Assembly: GCA_963827655.1 (NCBI GenBank)
Contig: CAWHCF010000010.1
Span: 128,001-192,000 of the forward strand
Direction: 5' to 3'
DNA length: 64,000 bases
Source: an uncultured Acidobacteriota bacterium
GTDB lineage: Bacteria > Acidobacteriota > UBA6911
The position numbers and the translations under genes were made by a program. Each line of letters opens with the position of its first letter. The first letter of the stretch is position 1. The notes below the pieces were generated by a model, which was not told the DNA's origin, made no database searches, and worked only from the letters and a program-made list of their open reading frames with translations. Shown here in pieces: positions 20,996 through 33,968 of this stretch.

Positions 20996-21080
20996 TGACG
21001 ATTCGGTACGATTGACGATTTGACGATTGACGATTGAAGACCGGCTTCAATCGTCAATCGTCAATCGTCAATCGTCAATC
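20996..21080. repeat. Inverted heptamer array forming a long hairpin
   Basis: gattgacgattgaag-accgg-cttcaatcgtcaatcgtcaatcgtcaatcgtcaatc; same unit as 16319-16410. Confidence 0.85.
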
Positions 21081-22451
21081 CTTCTTGAGGCTGCTAAGAA
21101 TGCGCTGCTGGTACTCTCGCGCCTTCTGTTTGATCCGCTTCTCGTCCAGAGTCAGCACGCGCCCTTCCGACATCACGAGCTTGCCATTGATTATGCTCGT
21201 CTTCACATCCGCCCCCTTCAACGAATAGACCAGGTGGGAGTAAACGTTGTAAAGCGGAACGGCGTGGGCGAGGTCGGTTTCGACGACGATCAGATCCGCT
21301 CGCTTGCCCACCTCCAGCGACCCGATTTCCCCTTGCAGCCCGAGGGCGCGCGCTCCGCCTAGAGTGGCCATCTCTACGACTTTCTCGGCCGGCAGTGCCG
21401 TGGGGTTCATTGAGACAAGTTTGTGCAGCATAGCCGCCGAGCGCATCGCCTCGAACATGTCGAGATCATTGTTGCTGGCCGCTCCATCCGTTCCTAGGCC
21501 AACGGGAATTCCCAAGGCAAGCATTCTGACTACCGGGGCGGTTCCCGAAGCCAGTTTCATGTTGCTTTCCGGGTTGTGCGTCACACTGACACCCCGGTCT
21601 TTGATGATAGCAAGATCCTCTTCCGTCAACCAAACGCCATGATTGAAGACCACTCCAGCGTTCAGCACATCGAGCTTTCTCAGCCACCCGGTCGAGGTCA
21701 TGCCGTATTTCTGCTGCATCTGGCTGACTTCGTCCTGAGTCTCGGAGACGTGAATGATCATGGGGACGCGATATTTGTCCGCGAGGGCCTTGCATGCTTT
21801 CAGGATCTCGCCGGAATTGGTGTACGGGGCATGAGGCGCGACGGCCGGAATGATTCGGGCGCTTCCCTTCCAGCGCTGGATGAACTTCTCGGTGTAGGCG
21901 ACCGCATCTTGCGGGCTCTTGTTGTCCGGCGCCGGAAACTCAATGATCGTTTCCCCCAGCACTCCTCGCATGCCGGCGCGGTCGGTGGCCTGCGCAACCT
22001 GATCTTCGAAGTAATACATGTCGGCGTAGGTGGTCGTTCCAGACTGAATCATCTCGAGGCAGGCGAGCGCGGTTCCCGCTTCAACAAAGTCCGCGGTGAC
22101 GTTCCTGGCTTCGGCCGGGAAGATGAATTTCTGCAGCCACTCCATCAGGGCCATGTCGTCGGCGATTCCTCGAAAAAGCACCATCGCGGCATGGTTGTGC
22201 GTGTTGATGAGTCCGGGAAGAACAATCTTCCCGATGGCGGAAATCTGTCGCGCAGCCTGGTATTGATCGCTGAGTTCAGAGGCCTTCCCGACGGCAACTA
22301 TTCGCTCGCCGCGGATAGCCACGGCTCCTGCTTCAATCACCCGGCGCGACGCATCCATCGTCACCACGGTGGCGCCGGTGACCATCAGATCCACCCGTTC
22401 CTTGGGCGGCGCCGAAAAACCACCGGGACCCGAAGAGGCGAAGACACACAA
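21075..22451 (-). CDS. MTA/SAH-deaminase-like amidohydrolase (start uncertain, possible signal peptide)
   Basis: PGLINTHNHAAM, APHAPYT, IHVSET, HNPESNMKLASG, GTDGAASNN; lies in the nucleoside salvage run. Confidence 0.85.
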   Translation of the reverse strand: MCVFASSGPGGFSAPPKERVDLMVTGATVVTMDASRRVIEAGAVAIRGERIVAVGKASELSDQYQAARQISAIGKIVLPGLINTHNHAAMVLFRGIADDMALMEWLQKFIFPAEARNVTADFVEAGTALACLEMIQSGTTTYADMYYFEDQVAQATDRAGMRGVLGETIIEFPAPDNKSPQDAVAYTEKFIQRWKGSARIIPAVAPHAPYTNSGEILKACKALADKYRVPMIIHVSETQDEVSQMQQKYGMTSTGWLRKLDVLNAGVVFNHGVWLTEEDLAIIKDRGVSVTHNPESNMKLASGTAPVVRMLALGIPVGLGTDGAASNNDLDMFEAMRSAAMLHKLVSMNPTALPAEKVVEMATLGGARALGLQGEIGSLEVGKRADLIVVETDLAHAVPLYNVYSHLVYSLKGADVKTSIINGKLVMSEGRVLTLDEKRIKQKAREYQQRILSSLKKD

Positions 22452-22498
22452 AGACCATAGAATTACTGCTCGCCGCTGTTTTGGTTCGCAGCACAGAA

Positions 22499-22897
22499 CT
22501 ATTCCTTGTTGATGAAACTTTGATCGAAGGGGAAGGGAAAGAGAGCTTTCAATTGATGTTTGATCTCATCGCCGCGCAGGTTTGAGAGAATGACTTCGAC
22601 ATCGCCGCAGAATTCCCAAAGGAGCTGGCGGCAAGCGCCGCACGGAGGGGTCAAAACATCGGTATCCGCTACCACCGCGATTCGTTGAAATTCCGATTCC
22701 CCCTCGGAAATGGCTTTCCAGAGGGCGACCCGCTCGGCGCAAACCGTCAGCCCATAGGTGGAATTCTCCACATTGCAACCGGTGAAAATCTTACCCTGCA
22801 GCGTCTCGAGCGCAGCTCCTACTTTGAATCCCGAATAGGAGGCGCGCGCATTGAGACGCGCCCGCCGAGCTTCACGGATCACATCCGCGACCTTCAT
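22499..22897 (-). CDS. cdd: Cytidine deaminase
   Basis: YSGFKVGAA, GCNVEN, CAERVA, PCGACRQ; ATGA overlap with the upstream gene. Confidence 0.95.
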   Translation of the reverse strand: MKVADVIREARRARLNARASYSGFKVGAALETLQGKIFTGCNVENSTYGLTVCAERVALWKAISEGESEFQRIAVVADTDVLTPPCGACRQLLWEFCGDVEVILSNLRGDEIKHQLKALFPFPFDQSFINKE

Positions 22898-23730
22898 GGT
22901 TTTGCTTCCAGCCGGCGGGCCAGGGCCGGGATGATCCCGCTCAACAGTGATATAAACTGCTCTTTGACCCTTTCCGTTGTATCGATCACCTCCTGGTGCG
23001 TCAGCTTTTGCGGGAGAATTCCGGCCGCCATATTGGTAATGCATGAGATGCCCAGGACCCGGATGCCCATGTGGTTGGCGACAATCACCTCAGGCACCGT
23101 TGACATTCCGACGGCATCGCCTCCAAGGCCCCGGCACATGCGAATCTCCGCCGGTGTTTCGTAGCTAGGACCGGTCAGGCCGACGTAGACACCCTCCCGG
23201 AGAGTAATCCCGCGCTGAGCGGCGACTTGACTGGCGGTGCGCCGCATCTCAGAATCGTAGGCCTCGCTCATGTCTGGAAAGCGCACTCCAAGCTCTTCGA
23301 GGTTCGGTCCGATGAGGGGATTCGTCCCCATCATGTTGATATGATCTGTAATGAGCATGAGATCGCCCGGGCGGAAGTTCACGTTAATACCACCCGCGGC
23401 ATTGGTAACGATGAGCTGCTTGATCCCCAGGCAACCCAGAACGCGAGCAGGATAGGTTACTTCGGCCAGGGAATACCCTTCGTAGTAGTGCACTCGCCCT
23501 TGCAGCGCGACCGCAGGGATGCCTTCCGCCTCACCGATTACCAGATTTCCGGAATGGCCCAGCACCGTTGATCGAGGGAAGTTGGGAAGATCCTCGAACG
23601 GCACCACTGTGCGATTTCGAAACCTGTCGGCATAGGGTCCCAGCCCCGAACCCAGAATCAGCCCCAGGGCCGGAACACCGGGATGGCGAGCCGTTACGGC
23701 CGCCACCGTTTCTTGCAGTTTGGCATACAT
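22894..23730 (-). CDS. punA: Purine-nucleoside phosphorylase (trimeric type)
   Basis: ILGSGLG, GRVHYYEG, TNAAGG, GPSYETPAE, AVGMSTVPE, ITNMAAG. Confidence 0.93.
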   Translation of the reverse strand: MYAKLQETVAAVTARHPGVPALGLILGSGLGPYADRFRNRTVVPFEDLPNFPRSTVLGHSGNLVIGEAEGIPAVALQGRVHYYEGYSLAEVTYPARVLGCLGIKQLIVTNAAGGINVNFRPGDLMLITDHINMMGTNPLIGPNLEELGVRFPDMSEAYDSEMRRTASQVAAQRGITLREGVYVGLTGPSYETPAEIRMCRGLGGDAVGMSTVPEVIVANHMGIRVLGISCITNMAAGILPQKLTHQEVIDTTERVKEQFISLLSGIIPALARRLEAKP

Positions 23731-23760
23731 CCGCCGAACCTACCGCCAAGACCCGAAGAA

Positions 23761-25074
23761 TCAGGAGATAACTTTCTTTACCAGCTCCGGTCTTTCCACA
23801 GGAGCAGGCGAGAACTTATAGGACTCGATCAACCGCCGGCGCGCCTCCGCGTGGCGCGCCTCATCGTTGTAGTAGACGGTGCACAACGCTTCACCCTTCT
23901 CCAAGCCATCGCCAATCTTCTTGTGAAAGCGTACGCCGACCGCATGATCTATTGGCGAATCGATCGTCTGCCTGCCCGCTCCGAGGACGCCGATTGCAAG
24001 ACCGATCATCTCGGTATCCATGCTTTCAAGGTAGCCCTGTCCCGGCGAGAGAATAGTGGATTCAAAATGCGCCCGCGGAAGCCCCGAGTAGTCATCGACG
24101 ACCGCGGTATCTCCCTCCTGCGCTCGAACCATCTCGCGGAATTTGTCCAGGGCCCGGCCCGAATCGATCAGCTCACGAAACAACTTGCGCCCGTGATCCA
24201 CGTCAGGAACGGCCTCCCCGAACCACAGGCAGTATGCCGACAGCTCGCGGCATAACGTCACCAGATCCTCCGTCCCCCTGCCTTTCAGCACTTCGAGACA
24301 TTCCAATACTTCGAGCGAGTTGCCGGCGTACTCGCCCAGCGGCTGGTTCATGTCGGTCATGAGGGCGACCATTCGCTTGCCGCAGCTCTTTCCTATAGCA
24401 ACCATGGCTCGGGCAAGCGTCTCGGCGTCCTCGCTGCGTTTCATGAAGGCGCCGCTTCCCGTCTTGACATCCAGGACGAGCGCGTCAATTCCTTCGGCAA
24501 GCTTCTTGCTCATGATGCTGGTGGCGATTAAGGGGTGGCTGTCGACCGTACCCGTGACGTCTCTGAGCGCGTAGAGTTTGCGGTCCGCCGGGACCAGGTC
24601 TTCCGTCTGTCCGATCAGGCAGGCGCCCACCCGGGCAAGGATCTTCTTGAAGCGATCGGGACTGAGCCGCACATTGAACCCTGGAATTGCCTCCAGTTTG
24701 TCAAGGGTTCCGCCGGTGTGCGCCAGGCCGCGGCCGGAGATCATGGGAACGACAATGCCGGCGGCTGCGACTACGGGGGCTATCACGAGCGAGGTCTTAT
24801 CGCCCACTCCTCCGGTGGAATGCTTGTCCACCTTTCGGCCCGGAAGATCGCCGAGATCGATGACAGAACCCGACTGCCGCATCTCCTCGGTCATCGCCGC
24901 CATTTCCTGGTCGGTCATGCCGCGAAAGACGACAGCCATCAGAAAAGCCGATACCTGATAATCGGGAATCTCCCCCTTGCAGTATCCCCGGATCAGGAAT
25001 GCAATTTCGTCCCGGGATAGTTCCCCTCCCGCGCGCTTCTTCCGAATCATTGGTGTCAGGCCTTGAAAACTCAC
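23761..25074 (-). CDS. pdp: Pyrimidine-nucleoside/thymidine phosphorylase
   Basis: DKHSTGGVGDK, SGRGLAHTGGTLDKLE, LYALRDVT, SIMSKK, DVKTGSGAFM. Confidence 0.93.
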   Translation of the reverse strand: MSFQGLTPMIRKKRAGGELSRDEIAFLIRGYCKGEIPDYQVSAFLMAVVFRGMTDQEMAAMTEEMRQSGSVIDLGDLPGRKVDKHSTGGVGDKTSLVIAPVVAAAGIVVPMISGRGLAHTGGTLDKLEAIPGFNVRLSPDRFKKILARVGACLIGQTEDLVPADRKLYALRDVTGTVDSHPLIATSIMSKKLAEGIDALVLDVKTGSGAFMKRSEDAETLARAMVAIGKSCGKRMVALMTDMNQPLGEYAGNSLEVLECLEVLKGRGTEDLVTLCRELSAYCLWFGEAVPDVDHGRKLFRELIDSGRALDKFREMVRAQEGDTAVVDDYSGLPRAHFESTILSPGQGYLESMDTEMIGLAIGVLGAGRQTIDSPIDHAVGVRFHKKIGDGLEKGEALCTVYYNDEARHAEARRRLIESYKFSPAPVERPELVKKVIS

Positions 25075-25142
25075 TTCTGACGCTCTCCTCGGCATCCCGG
25101 TGCCGTCACCCCAAATGAATCTTCAAGGCTTGACACCAAAAC

Positions 25143-25190
25143 AAAAAAGCTATCGAACGGCGCCATCGGAACGGCAACGCTGATAGCTTC
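25143..25190 (-). terminator. Possible terminator downstream of rpsU
   Basis: Minus strand AAGCTATC...GATAGCTT followed by TTTTGTTTT; the loop is long. Confidence 0.3.
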
Positions 25191-25226
25191 TGCCAGAAAA
25201 AAGCTGGGCCCGGCGATACGAAAATC

Positions 25227-25427
25227 TTACGAGCGACTATAATTTCGCATTTTCTTTCGCAGGCGCTTTCGGGCCAGCGCCTGCTTGATCCGCTTCTTTT
25301 CGCCCGGTTTCAAGTAGAAAGAGTGTTTCTTTGCGTCCTTGATGATGTCTTCCTGTTGAACCTTGCGTTTAAAGCGGCGAAGGGCACTTTCGAGCGATTC
25401 GCCTTCGTTCAGAACGACTTCCGCCAA
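25227..25427 (-). CDS. rpsU: 30S ribosomal protein S21
   Basis: TTG start after GGAGG; AEVVLNEGESLESALRRFKRKV...YLKPGEKKR. Confidence 0.95.
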   Translation of the reverse strand: MAEVVLNEGESLESALRRFKRKVQQEDIIKDAKKHSFYLKPGEKKRIKQALARKRLRKKMRNYSRS

Positions 25428-25455
25428 GCTACATACCTCCTCGTGTGAGGGGGAA

Positions 25456-25484
25456 AAGGTACGCTGGCCCCGCCCACCTGTCAA
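25456..25484 (-). promoter_or_regulatory. Sigma70-type promoter for rpsU
   Basis: TTGACA-N17-TACCTT on the minus strand. Confidence 0.6.
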
Positions 25485-25537
25485 GGCGGAAATTGCCCGT
25501 TGAGCCAGGTCCGTAGGGCCGGCAATGCGTAAGCCCT

Positions 25538-25610
25538 GTTTCTTCGTGTCTTTGAGTCTTAGAATGGTATTGGTTAGACAGCACTAACCACAAAGACTCG
25601 AAGAAACACT
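25538..25610. repeat. Inverted pair of the ~9-bp-unit intergenic repeat
   Basis: tttcttcgtgtctttgagtctt ... accacaaagactcgaagaaacac. Confidence 0.75.
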
Positions 25611-26406
25611 ATTCAGGCACGGGGCCTGTCACCGAATTCTGCTTCGCCGCCAGTCTGACTATTTCGCGGTTAATCTGCTCCGGATTCTCTCCTGTCCCAT
25701 CCAGCCGATGAAGCGTTTCTATCGCGTTGTCGAAGTCATACACAGCTTCGTAGGTCTGGGCCAGGCTCAGAAGGGCGCGCCGCCGACATTCGATGCAGGG
25801 GGATTCCGTCACCTTGTGGAATGAGCCCAGCGCATTCTCGAATCGCTTGCGAATCTGGTAAATGGTGCCGATCTTGAGGCGTACCTGATCTGCGAGATGG
25901 CCGGTCACTCCCGTATCCTCGATGCGCATCAAATCCCTCAAGGCGCGGTCCAGGTCATTCAGCTTGAAGTAGGCATTCGCTCGCCGGAACTGAATCTCGG
26001 CGCGGTTGTCGAGTTCCTTCGACGCAAGCACAAGGTCGTATTCGTAGATAGCCTGGGTCAGGTCGCCAAGCTCGTTGGCGTAAATACCAGCCAGCTGCTC
26101 GCGCGCCTTCCGCTCCTCCGCGCTTCCGGGAAGTTCGCTAACAAGTTTCTGGTAGGTCTCGATCGCTTTGTTTAACTGTCGCAGATTCAAATAGTAGATG
26201 TTCCCGGCGTTCAAGAGAGCCTTCGCGGCGTACCTTCCCCGGGAGTCGCGGTCGTAGAGAAGCAAGTTCAGTCGAACGGCGTCCTCGTAATTTCCTTCCC
26301 GCCAGCGCGCCTCAGCTTGCTCGAGGAGCTGGCGCGAACTCGAGTTACACCCCTGCGTTACCATGAACAGGGCCAACAAGCTCCACGCCAGCGGCCGCCA
26401 GTTCAC
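25609..26406 (-). CDS. Tetratricopeptide-repeat (lipo)protein
   Basis: Hydrophobic N-terminus ending TQGC; repeated helical TPR patterns; GTGA overlap with gyrA. Confidence 0.8.
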   Translation of the reverse strand: MNWRPLAWSLLALFMVTQGCNSSSRQLLEQAEARWREGNYEDAVRLNLLLYDRDSRGRYAAKALLNAGNIYYLNLRQLNKAIETYQKLVSELPGSAEERKAREQLAGIYANELGDLTQAIYEYDLVLASKELDNRAEIQFRRANAYFKLNDLDRALRDLMRIEDTGVTGHLADQVRLKIGTIYQIRKRFENALGSFHKVTESPCIECRRRALLSLAQTYEAVYDFDNAIETLHRLDGTGENPEQINREIVRLAAKQNSVTGPVPE

Positions 26407-28850
26407 GCTTCACCCCCCTCCTCGCCCTCCTCGCCGGCCACGACCGTTACGCTGGCGACGTAATCCCCATCTTCCAAATCGATGCACTTGACGCCGATGG
26501 CGGCCCGGCCCTGCGTGTTCCGTATGTCCTCGGCATGGAGTTGGATCAGTTTACCCTGCGCGGTAATGAGCATGACCGACGACTCATCATCGACGCGGCA
26601 CGTGTTTACCACCCGGCCATTCTTCTCTCCGACCTTGATATTGATTACTCCCGATCCACCTCTCCCCTGCCGCGGATACTCTTCAATGTTGGTGCGCTTG
26701 CCGAAACCCTTTTCGGTGACGGTAAGAAACTGGCCATCTCCGGAGAAGGCGGACATACCCACGACCGCATCGTCTTCAGCCAGCCGAATTCCAATCACTC
26801 CGCGCGCGGTGCGACCCATATCTCGGACGTCCTCTTCGGAAAAGCGAATGGCTTTTCCGTTGCGCGTAGCAAGCAGGATGTCGTAAGACCCATCGGTGAG
26901 CTGGCATCCGATAAGCTCGTCATCCGGTGGAACCGAAATGGCGATAATGCCGGAGCTGCGCGGGTTTGAATATTCAGCCAGGGCCGTCTTCTTCACGATG
27001 CCCTCGTGCGTGGCCATGACCACATACTTGTCGGCATCGAAGTCTTTGATCGCGACGATGTCGGCAATCTTCTCGTCGCGCGACATGTTGACCAGATTGA
27101 CGATGGCCTTTCCCTTGCCGGCTGTCCCGACGTCGGGGATCTCGTAGACCTTGAGCCAGTAAACCTGTCCCCGATTCGTGAAGATGAGCAGGTAGGTGTG
27201 GGTCGACGCCACGAAGACGTGGTCGATGAAATCTTCGTCCCGCGTCGTCATTCCGATACGTCCTTTGCCGCCGCGTCCCTGCGCCCGATACAAGGACTTG
27301 CTGGTCCGCTTGATATAGCCCGAGTGCGTCACCGTGATCACCACATCTTCATCGGCGATGAGGTCTTCGAGAGTGAGTTCAACCTCCTCGTCTACGATCT
27401 GGGTGCGCCGCGCGTCGCCGAAGTTTTTCTTGATCTCTTTCAACTCGTCGACGATCACGCTCTCAAGCACTTTCTCGCTGGCGAGAATCTCCTTCAGGCG
27501 GGCGATGAGCTTGAGAGTCTCTTCATATTCGTTGACGATTTTCTCGCGCTCCAGGCCCGTCAACCGCTGCAAGCGCATCTCCAGGATCGCCTGCGCCTGG
27601 GCTTCGCTGAATTCGAACCGGGTCATGAGGCCTTCCTTGGCCACGGCCGGCTCTTTCGAAGCCCGGATCAGCGTGATGATGGCGTCGAGCATGTCGAGAG
27701 CGCGCTTGAGTCCTTCGAGGATGTGGGCCCGGGCTTCCGCCTTCTTCAATTCGAAGATGGTCCTGCGCCGCACGACATCCTTGCGGTGATCGATGAAACA
27801 GACGAGAGCCTCCCGCAAGTCCAGGATCCGCGGCTGGTTTTTGACGATGGTGAGAAGAATGATGCCAAAGCTCGACTGCATCGGCGTCAATTTGTACAGA
27901 TTGTTCAGGACCACCTGGGCCGGCTCTTCCTTCTTGAGCTCGATAACGATGCGCATCCCTTCCCGGTCGGACTCATCCCGGAGATCGGAAATACCTTCCA
28001 GCCTCTTGTCCCTGACCAGCTCTGCAATCCGCTCGATCAGTTTCGCCTTGTTCACCTGAAACGGGATCTCCGTGACGATGATGGCATCCCGCTCCCGGGA
28101 CAGTCGCTCGATTGCCGCCCGCGCCCTCATCACCACAATACCCCGGCCCTTCCGGTAGGCCGCGCGGATCCCGTTTCGCCCATAGATGATTCCCGCCGTG
28201 GGAAAGTCCGGCCCCGGCACGTGGGCCATGAGTTCGTCGATCGTCGCGTCGCGGTTCTCGATCAGCAGAACGGTTGCGTCTATGATCTCGCCGAGGTTGT
28301 GCGGCGGAACATTGGTCGCCATCCCAACGGCGATGCCCGACGATCCGTTGACCAGGAGGTTGGGAAATCGGGCCGGCAGCACCAGCGGTTCTTGAAGCGA
28401 GCTGTCGTAGTTCGGGCCAAAATCTACGGTTTCCTTTTCAATGTCGGCCAGCAGTTCGTCGGCCAGGCGGCTCATCCGTACTTCGGTATAACGCATCGCC
28501 CCCGCGTTGTCTCCGTCGACCGAGCCGAAGTTCCCCTGCCCATCGATGAGGGGATAGCGCAGCGAGAAATCCTGAACCATTCGTACGATCGTGTCATAGA
28601 CGGCATCGGGTCCATGAGGATGATACTTGCCGATGACATCACCGACGATTCGAGCGGATTTCTTGTAGGGTTTGTTAAAGGTGTTTCCCAGCTCGTTCAT
28701 GGCGTGCAAGACACGCCGGTGCACAGGCTTTAGTCCATCCCGGGCATCGGGCAACGCGCGGCCAATGATTACGCTCATCGCGTAATCCAGATAGGACGTG
28801 CGCATCTCGTCGATGATGTTGACCGGGACCGGCTCGAGAATGGATGCCAT
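26403..28850 (-). CDS. gyrA: DNA gyrase subunit A
   Basis: [32 protein letters not shown], GyrA box QGRGGKG. Confidence 0.98.
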   Translation of the reverse strand: MASILEPVPVNIIDEMRTSYLDYAMSVIIGRALPDARDGLKPVHRRVLHAMNELGNTFNKPYKKSARIVGDVIGKYHPHGPDAVYDTIVRMVQDFSLRYPLIDGQGNFGSVDGDNAGAMRYTEVRMSRLADELLADIEKETVDFGPNYDSSLQEPLVLPARFPNLLVNGSSGIAVGMATNVPPHNLGEIIDATVLLIENRDATIDELMAHVPGPDFPTAGIIYGRNGIRAAYRKGRGIVVMRARAAIERLSRERDAIIVTEIPFQVNKAKLIERIAELVRDKRLEGISDLRDESDREGMRIVIELKKEEPAQVVLNNLYKLTPMQSSFGIILLTIVKNQPRILDLREALVCFIDHRKDVVRRRTIFELKKAEARAHILEGLKRALDMLDAIITLIRASKEPAVAKEGLMTRFEFSEAQAQAILEMRLQRLTGLEREKIVNEYEETLKLIARLKEILASEKVLESVIVDELKEIKKNFGDARRTQIVDEEVELTLEDLIADEDVVITVTHSGYIKRTSKSLYRAQGRGGKGRIGMTTRDEDFIDHVFVASTHTYLLIFTNRGQVYWLKVYEIPDVGTAGKGKAIVNLVNMSRDEKIADIVAIKDFDADKYVVMATHEGIVKKTALAEYSNPRSSGIIAISVPPDDELIGCQLTDGSYDILLATRNGKAIRFSEEDVRDMGRTARGVIGIRLAEDDAVVGMSAFSGDGQFLTVTEKGFGKRTNIEEYPRQGRGGSGVINIKVGEKNGRVVNTCRVDDESSVMLITAQGKLIQLHAEDIRNTQGRAAIGVKCIDLEDGDYVASVTVVAGEEGEEGGEA

Positions 28851-28893
28851 AGAATTCAGGATTTCCTGGCGTGTTGGGGGTTAAAAAGCTCCG

Positions 28894-31365
<2,472 letters not shown>

Positions 31366-31471
31366 TCAGAATTCCCGTTTCCCGGTCAGTCGGGTCTCAG
31401 ATGATCCCCGCTCATCATGGACCTAACCCTAATTTTTACAACGAGTTATTTGTCGCGGGACATAAAGCGGA

Positions 31472-31480
31472 ATTATACCA
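31472..31480 (-). promoter_or_regulatory. Extended -10 promoter element upstream of gyrB
   Basis: TGGTATAAT on the minus strand in the recF-gyrB gap. Confidence 0.5.
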
Positions 31481-31575
31481 CACGCGGAGGGCAAACCGGA
31501 GGGGAAATTACCCCTTGCGCCTTTACGTATTTAGGTCGTTAAGTGCTAACAAACAAAGGCTTCACGAACACACGC

Positions 31576-32679
31576 TTAACCGGGAAGGAGACGGGATCTT
31601 CCTGCGTCGATTTCGAATCTGCGCACCTCGCAACCCAATGGTGGAAGAAAAGACGGTTTTGCGGTGGCCAGAAAGGTTTGCGTCCGCTCCGAGACATAGC
31701 CGAGGAATATTCTCAGGCGCTCGGCATCGAGTTCGGCTTCCACGTCGTCCATGAGGAAAACCGGGTAGAAGCCATGAATCCTTCGGTGGATTTCCATTTG
31801 CGCCAGGTACAGCAAGATCAGACAGCTCCGCTGCTGTCCGGCGGAACCGAAATCCGCCAGCGCTCTTCCATTGACGAACAGCTTGAGATCGTCCCGATGG
31901 GGTCCGACGGAGGTAAAACCACTCTTGAGGTCCAGGCTCATCGACCGCGAAAGTTTCGCCCTGAATTCGGTTTCCAGTTCTTGCGGGGTGTGCCCTTCCA
32001 GCGGCACCGTTGACATGTATTCGATTTGCAAATCTTCCGTTCCGAGCATTCCCCCGGGAATCTCAGTTTTCATCGCCGCCACATAGTTGCGCCGGTTCCA
32101 AAGGATGCGAGAGCCATCCTGGCTCAGCTTTGCGTTCCAGCTTTCCAGAAGCGCATCGTCGACCCTGCTGCCGCGGTCACGGCACGCCATCAGGAACTTG
32201 TTTCGCTGCCTGAGCGCCCGTTCGTAGGCAGCCAGGTAGATCAGGTGACCGGGATAAGCGGTTATCATTGCGCGATCGAGAAAACTTCGCCGTTCAACGG
32301 GCCCGCCCCGAATGACACTTAGCTGAGCACTGGTGAAAGCCAGGGCATGAAGCATTCCGACGAATTCATCGACCGCGACATTCTTCTGGTGCACTAACAG
32401 CTTTTTTTCCGAGCGCGTGACCAGCACGCTCAAATCGCGTTCCAGGGAACCGTGCTCGACCACTCCTTCCACGCGGCACAGATTCTCTCCGAATTTGATC
32501 CAGTCCTTTGGCGCGCGCGTACGGAAGCTTCGTCCGTACGCCAGCAGATAAATGGCTTCCAGGAGGTTCGTCTTTCCCTGGCCGTTTTTACCGAAGAAGA
32601 GATTGGCAGCCGAAGAGAACGAAAGCGCTGCCTGGCTGAAGTTACGATACTGGAAGAGGCGGAGGCCGGTTATCCGCAC
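31576..32679 (-). CDS. recF: DNA replication/repair protein RecF
   Basis: GKNGQGKTNLLEAI, SFR, GPHRDD, GSAGQQR, LMDDVEAELD; lies between dnaN and gyrB. Confidence 0.96.
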   Translation of the reverse strand: MRITGLRLFQYRNFSQAALSFSSAANLFFGKNGQGKTNLLEAIYLLAYGRSFRTRAPKDWIKFGENLCRVEGVVEHGSLERDLSVLVTRSEKKLLVHQKNVAVDEFVGMLHALAFTSAQLSVIRGGPVERRSFLDRAMITAYPGHLIYLAAYERALRQRNKFLMACRDRGSRVDDALLESWNAKLSQDGSRILWNRRNYVAAMKTEIPGGMLGTEDLQIEYMSTVPLEGHTPQELETEFRAKLSRSMSLDLKSGFTSVGPHRDDLKLFVNGRALADFGSAGQQRSCLILLYLAQMEIHRRIHGFYPVFLMDDVEAELDAERLRIFLGYVSERTQTFLATAKPSFLPPLGCEVRRFEIDAGRSRLLPG

Positions 32680-32681
32680 AC

Positions 32682-33800
32682 CTAAAACTTCATCGGCATG
32701 ACGACGTATCGATAGTCCAGTTCCGCCGAATCGGCCGGACGAAGCATTCCCTGCGTCTCGCTGTCCTTGATGGCCAGCGAAATCGTTTCAGACCCGCACG
32801 CGCCCAGAAAATCGAGCAGGTACTGCGGGTTGAACCCTATCTCGAGGCTGGGTCCCTCATACTCTATCGGGATGGTTTCGCGCGCCTCGCCGGCCTCCGC
32901 GCTGCTGGCCGTGACCTCCACGCTTCCCGGACTGAATGCGAAGCGGACGGCGCGCAACTTTTCGTCGGACATCACCGCCGCCCGGCGAATCCCATCGGTC
33001 ATGTCTCGAGCCGACGCGGTTACCTTCTTGTCATTGTCTCGAGGTATGACCATCTCGTAGTTCGGAAACTGCCCGGCGAGAATTCGCGATACCAGTCTCT
33101 TGCCCCCAACGGTAAAAAAGAGGTGGTTCTCATCACGGCCAAAATCGACCAGCAGATCCTGGTCTCCAATCAGCTTTTGAATCTCGACCAGGGTCTTGCG
33201 GGGAACCAGCGCCCGAATTTCCGTGTCGACTCCGGAGAGTTCCACCCGCGTGGAAACGAGCGCCAGGCGATGGCCATCGGTCGCGACCATCCGGATTTCC
33301 TGAGGTGTCACAACCATCAGCGCCCCGTTCAGCGTGTATCTGGTTTCTTCCTGCGTGATCGCGAACATGGTGCGTTGGATCATGGGGCGAAGCACATTTC
33401 CAGGAATGGAAGTCCCGGATCCCGCGAGCTCCGGGATGGATGGGAAGTTCTCTCTGGGCAGCGCGGCGACCTTGTACTCCGAGTTTTTTGAGTGAATCTT
33501 TACCCAGTCATTTTCCATCAGCGTAAAGCGGATCTCGGCATCTTCGGGCAGGAGCCGCACAATCTCGAAAAGTCGGCGAGCGGAAAGAGTCGTGGTTCCT
33601 TCAGTGGCAATCTCGGCCGCGCAGCCGCAACAGATACTCACATCAAGGTCCGTAGCGGTAATATCGAGACGGTCGCGCCCTGCTTCCAGGAGGATGTTAG
33701 AAAGGATGGGAATCGTGGTTTTCTTTTCAATCACTCCCTGGACCAGGTTCAGTTCAGCCAGTAACGCGTTTCGCTTGACGTTGAATTCCATGAAATCCAT
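32682..33800 (-). CDS. dnaN: DNA polymerase III beta sliding clamp
   Basis: TIPILSNILL, ATDLD, VATDGHRLA, GFNPQYLLD, YVVMPM. Confidence 0.97.
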   Translation of the reverse strand: MDFMEFNVKRNALLAELNLVQGVIEKKTTIPILSNILLEAGRDRLDITATDLDVSICCGCAAEIATEGTTTLSARRLFEIVRLLPEDAEIRFTLMENDWVKIHSKNSEYKVAALPRENFPSIPELAGSGTSIPGNVLRPMIQRTMFAITQEETRYTLNGALMVVTPQEIRMVATDGHRLALVSTRVELSGVDTEIRALVPRKTLVEIQKLIGDQDLLVDFGRDENHLFFTVGGKRLVSRILAGQFPNYEMVIPRDNDKKVTASARDMTDGIRRAAVMSDEKLRAVRFAFSPGSVEVTASSAEAGEARETIPIEYEGPSLEIGFNPQYLLDFLGACGSETISLAIKDSETQGMLRPADSAELDYRYVVMPMKF

Positions 33801-33838
33801 GCTCCTCGGATCCGACTCCGGCGCCTGAAAACCCCGCG

Positions 33839-33847
33839 ATTATAGCA
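33839..33847 (-). promoter_or_regulatory. Extended -10 promoter element upstream of dnaN
   Basis: TGCTATAAT about 40 nt before the dnaN start. Confidence 0.55.
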
Positions 33848-33968
33848 TCACGCGCATGATTCAGAATCGCGAAGCTGCTTGGCGTTCGAGTCGTTCAATG
33901 ATGCCGTTTGTTTTTTGCGCACTGACCGCCCGGACACTCAGAGGCGAAGTTACTTCGTTGACCGCCGG

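Noticed and set aside
20996-21080. Repeat arrays as CRISPR
   Set aside because: Units are 7-9 bp with no unique spacers, and no cas genes are present.
27006-28733. 575-aa plus-strand ORF
   Set aside because: Antisense shadow of gyrA in GC-rich DNA; no recognisable motifs.
33240-33258. parS-like palindrome GTTCCACCCGCGTGGAAAC in dnaN
   Set aside because: Spacing does not fit the 16-bp parS consensus; no true parS was seen.
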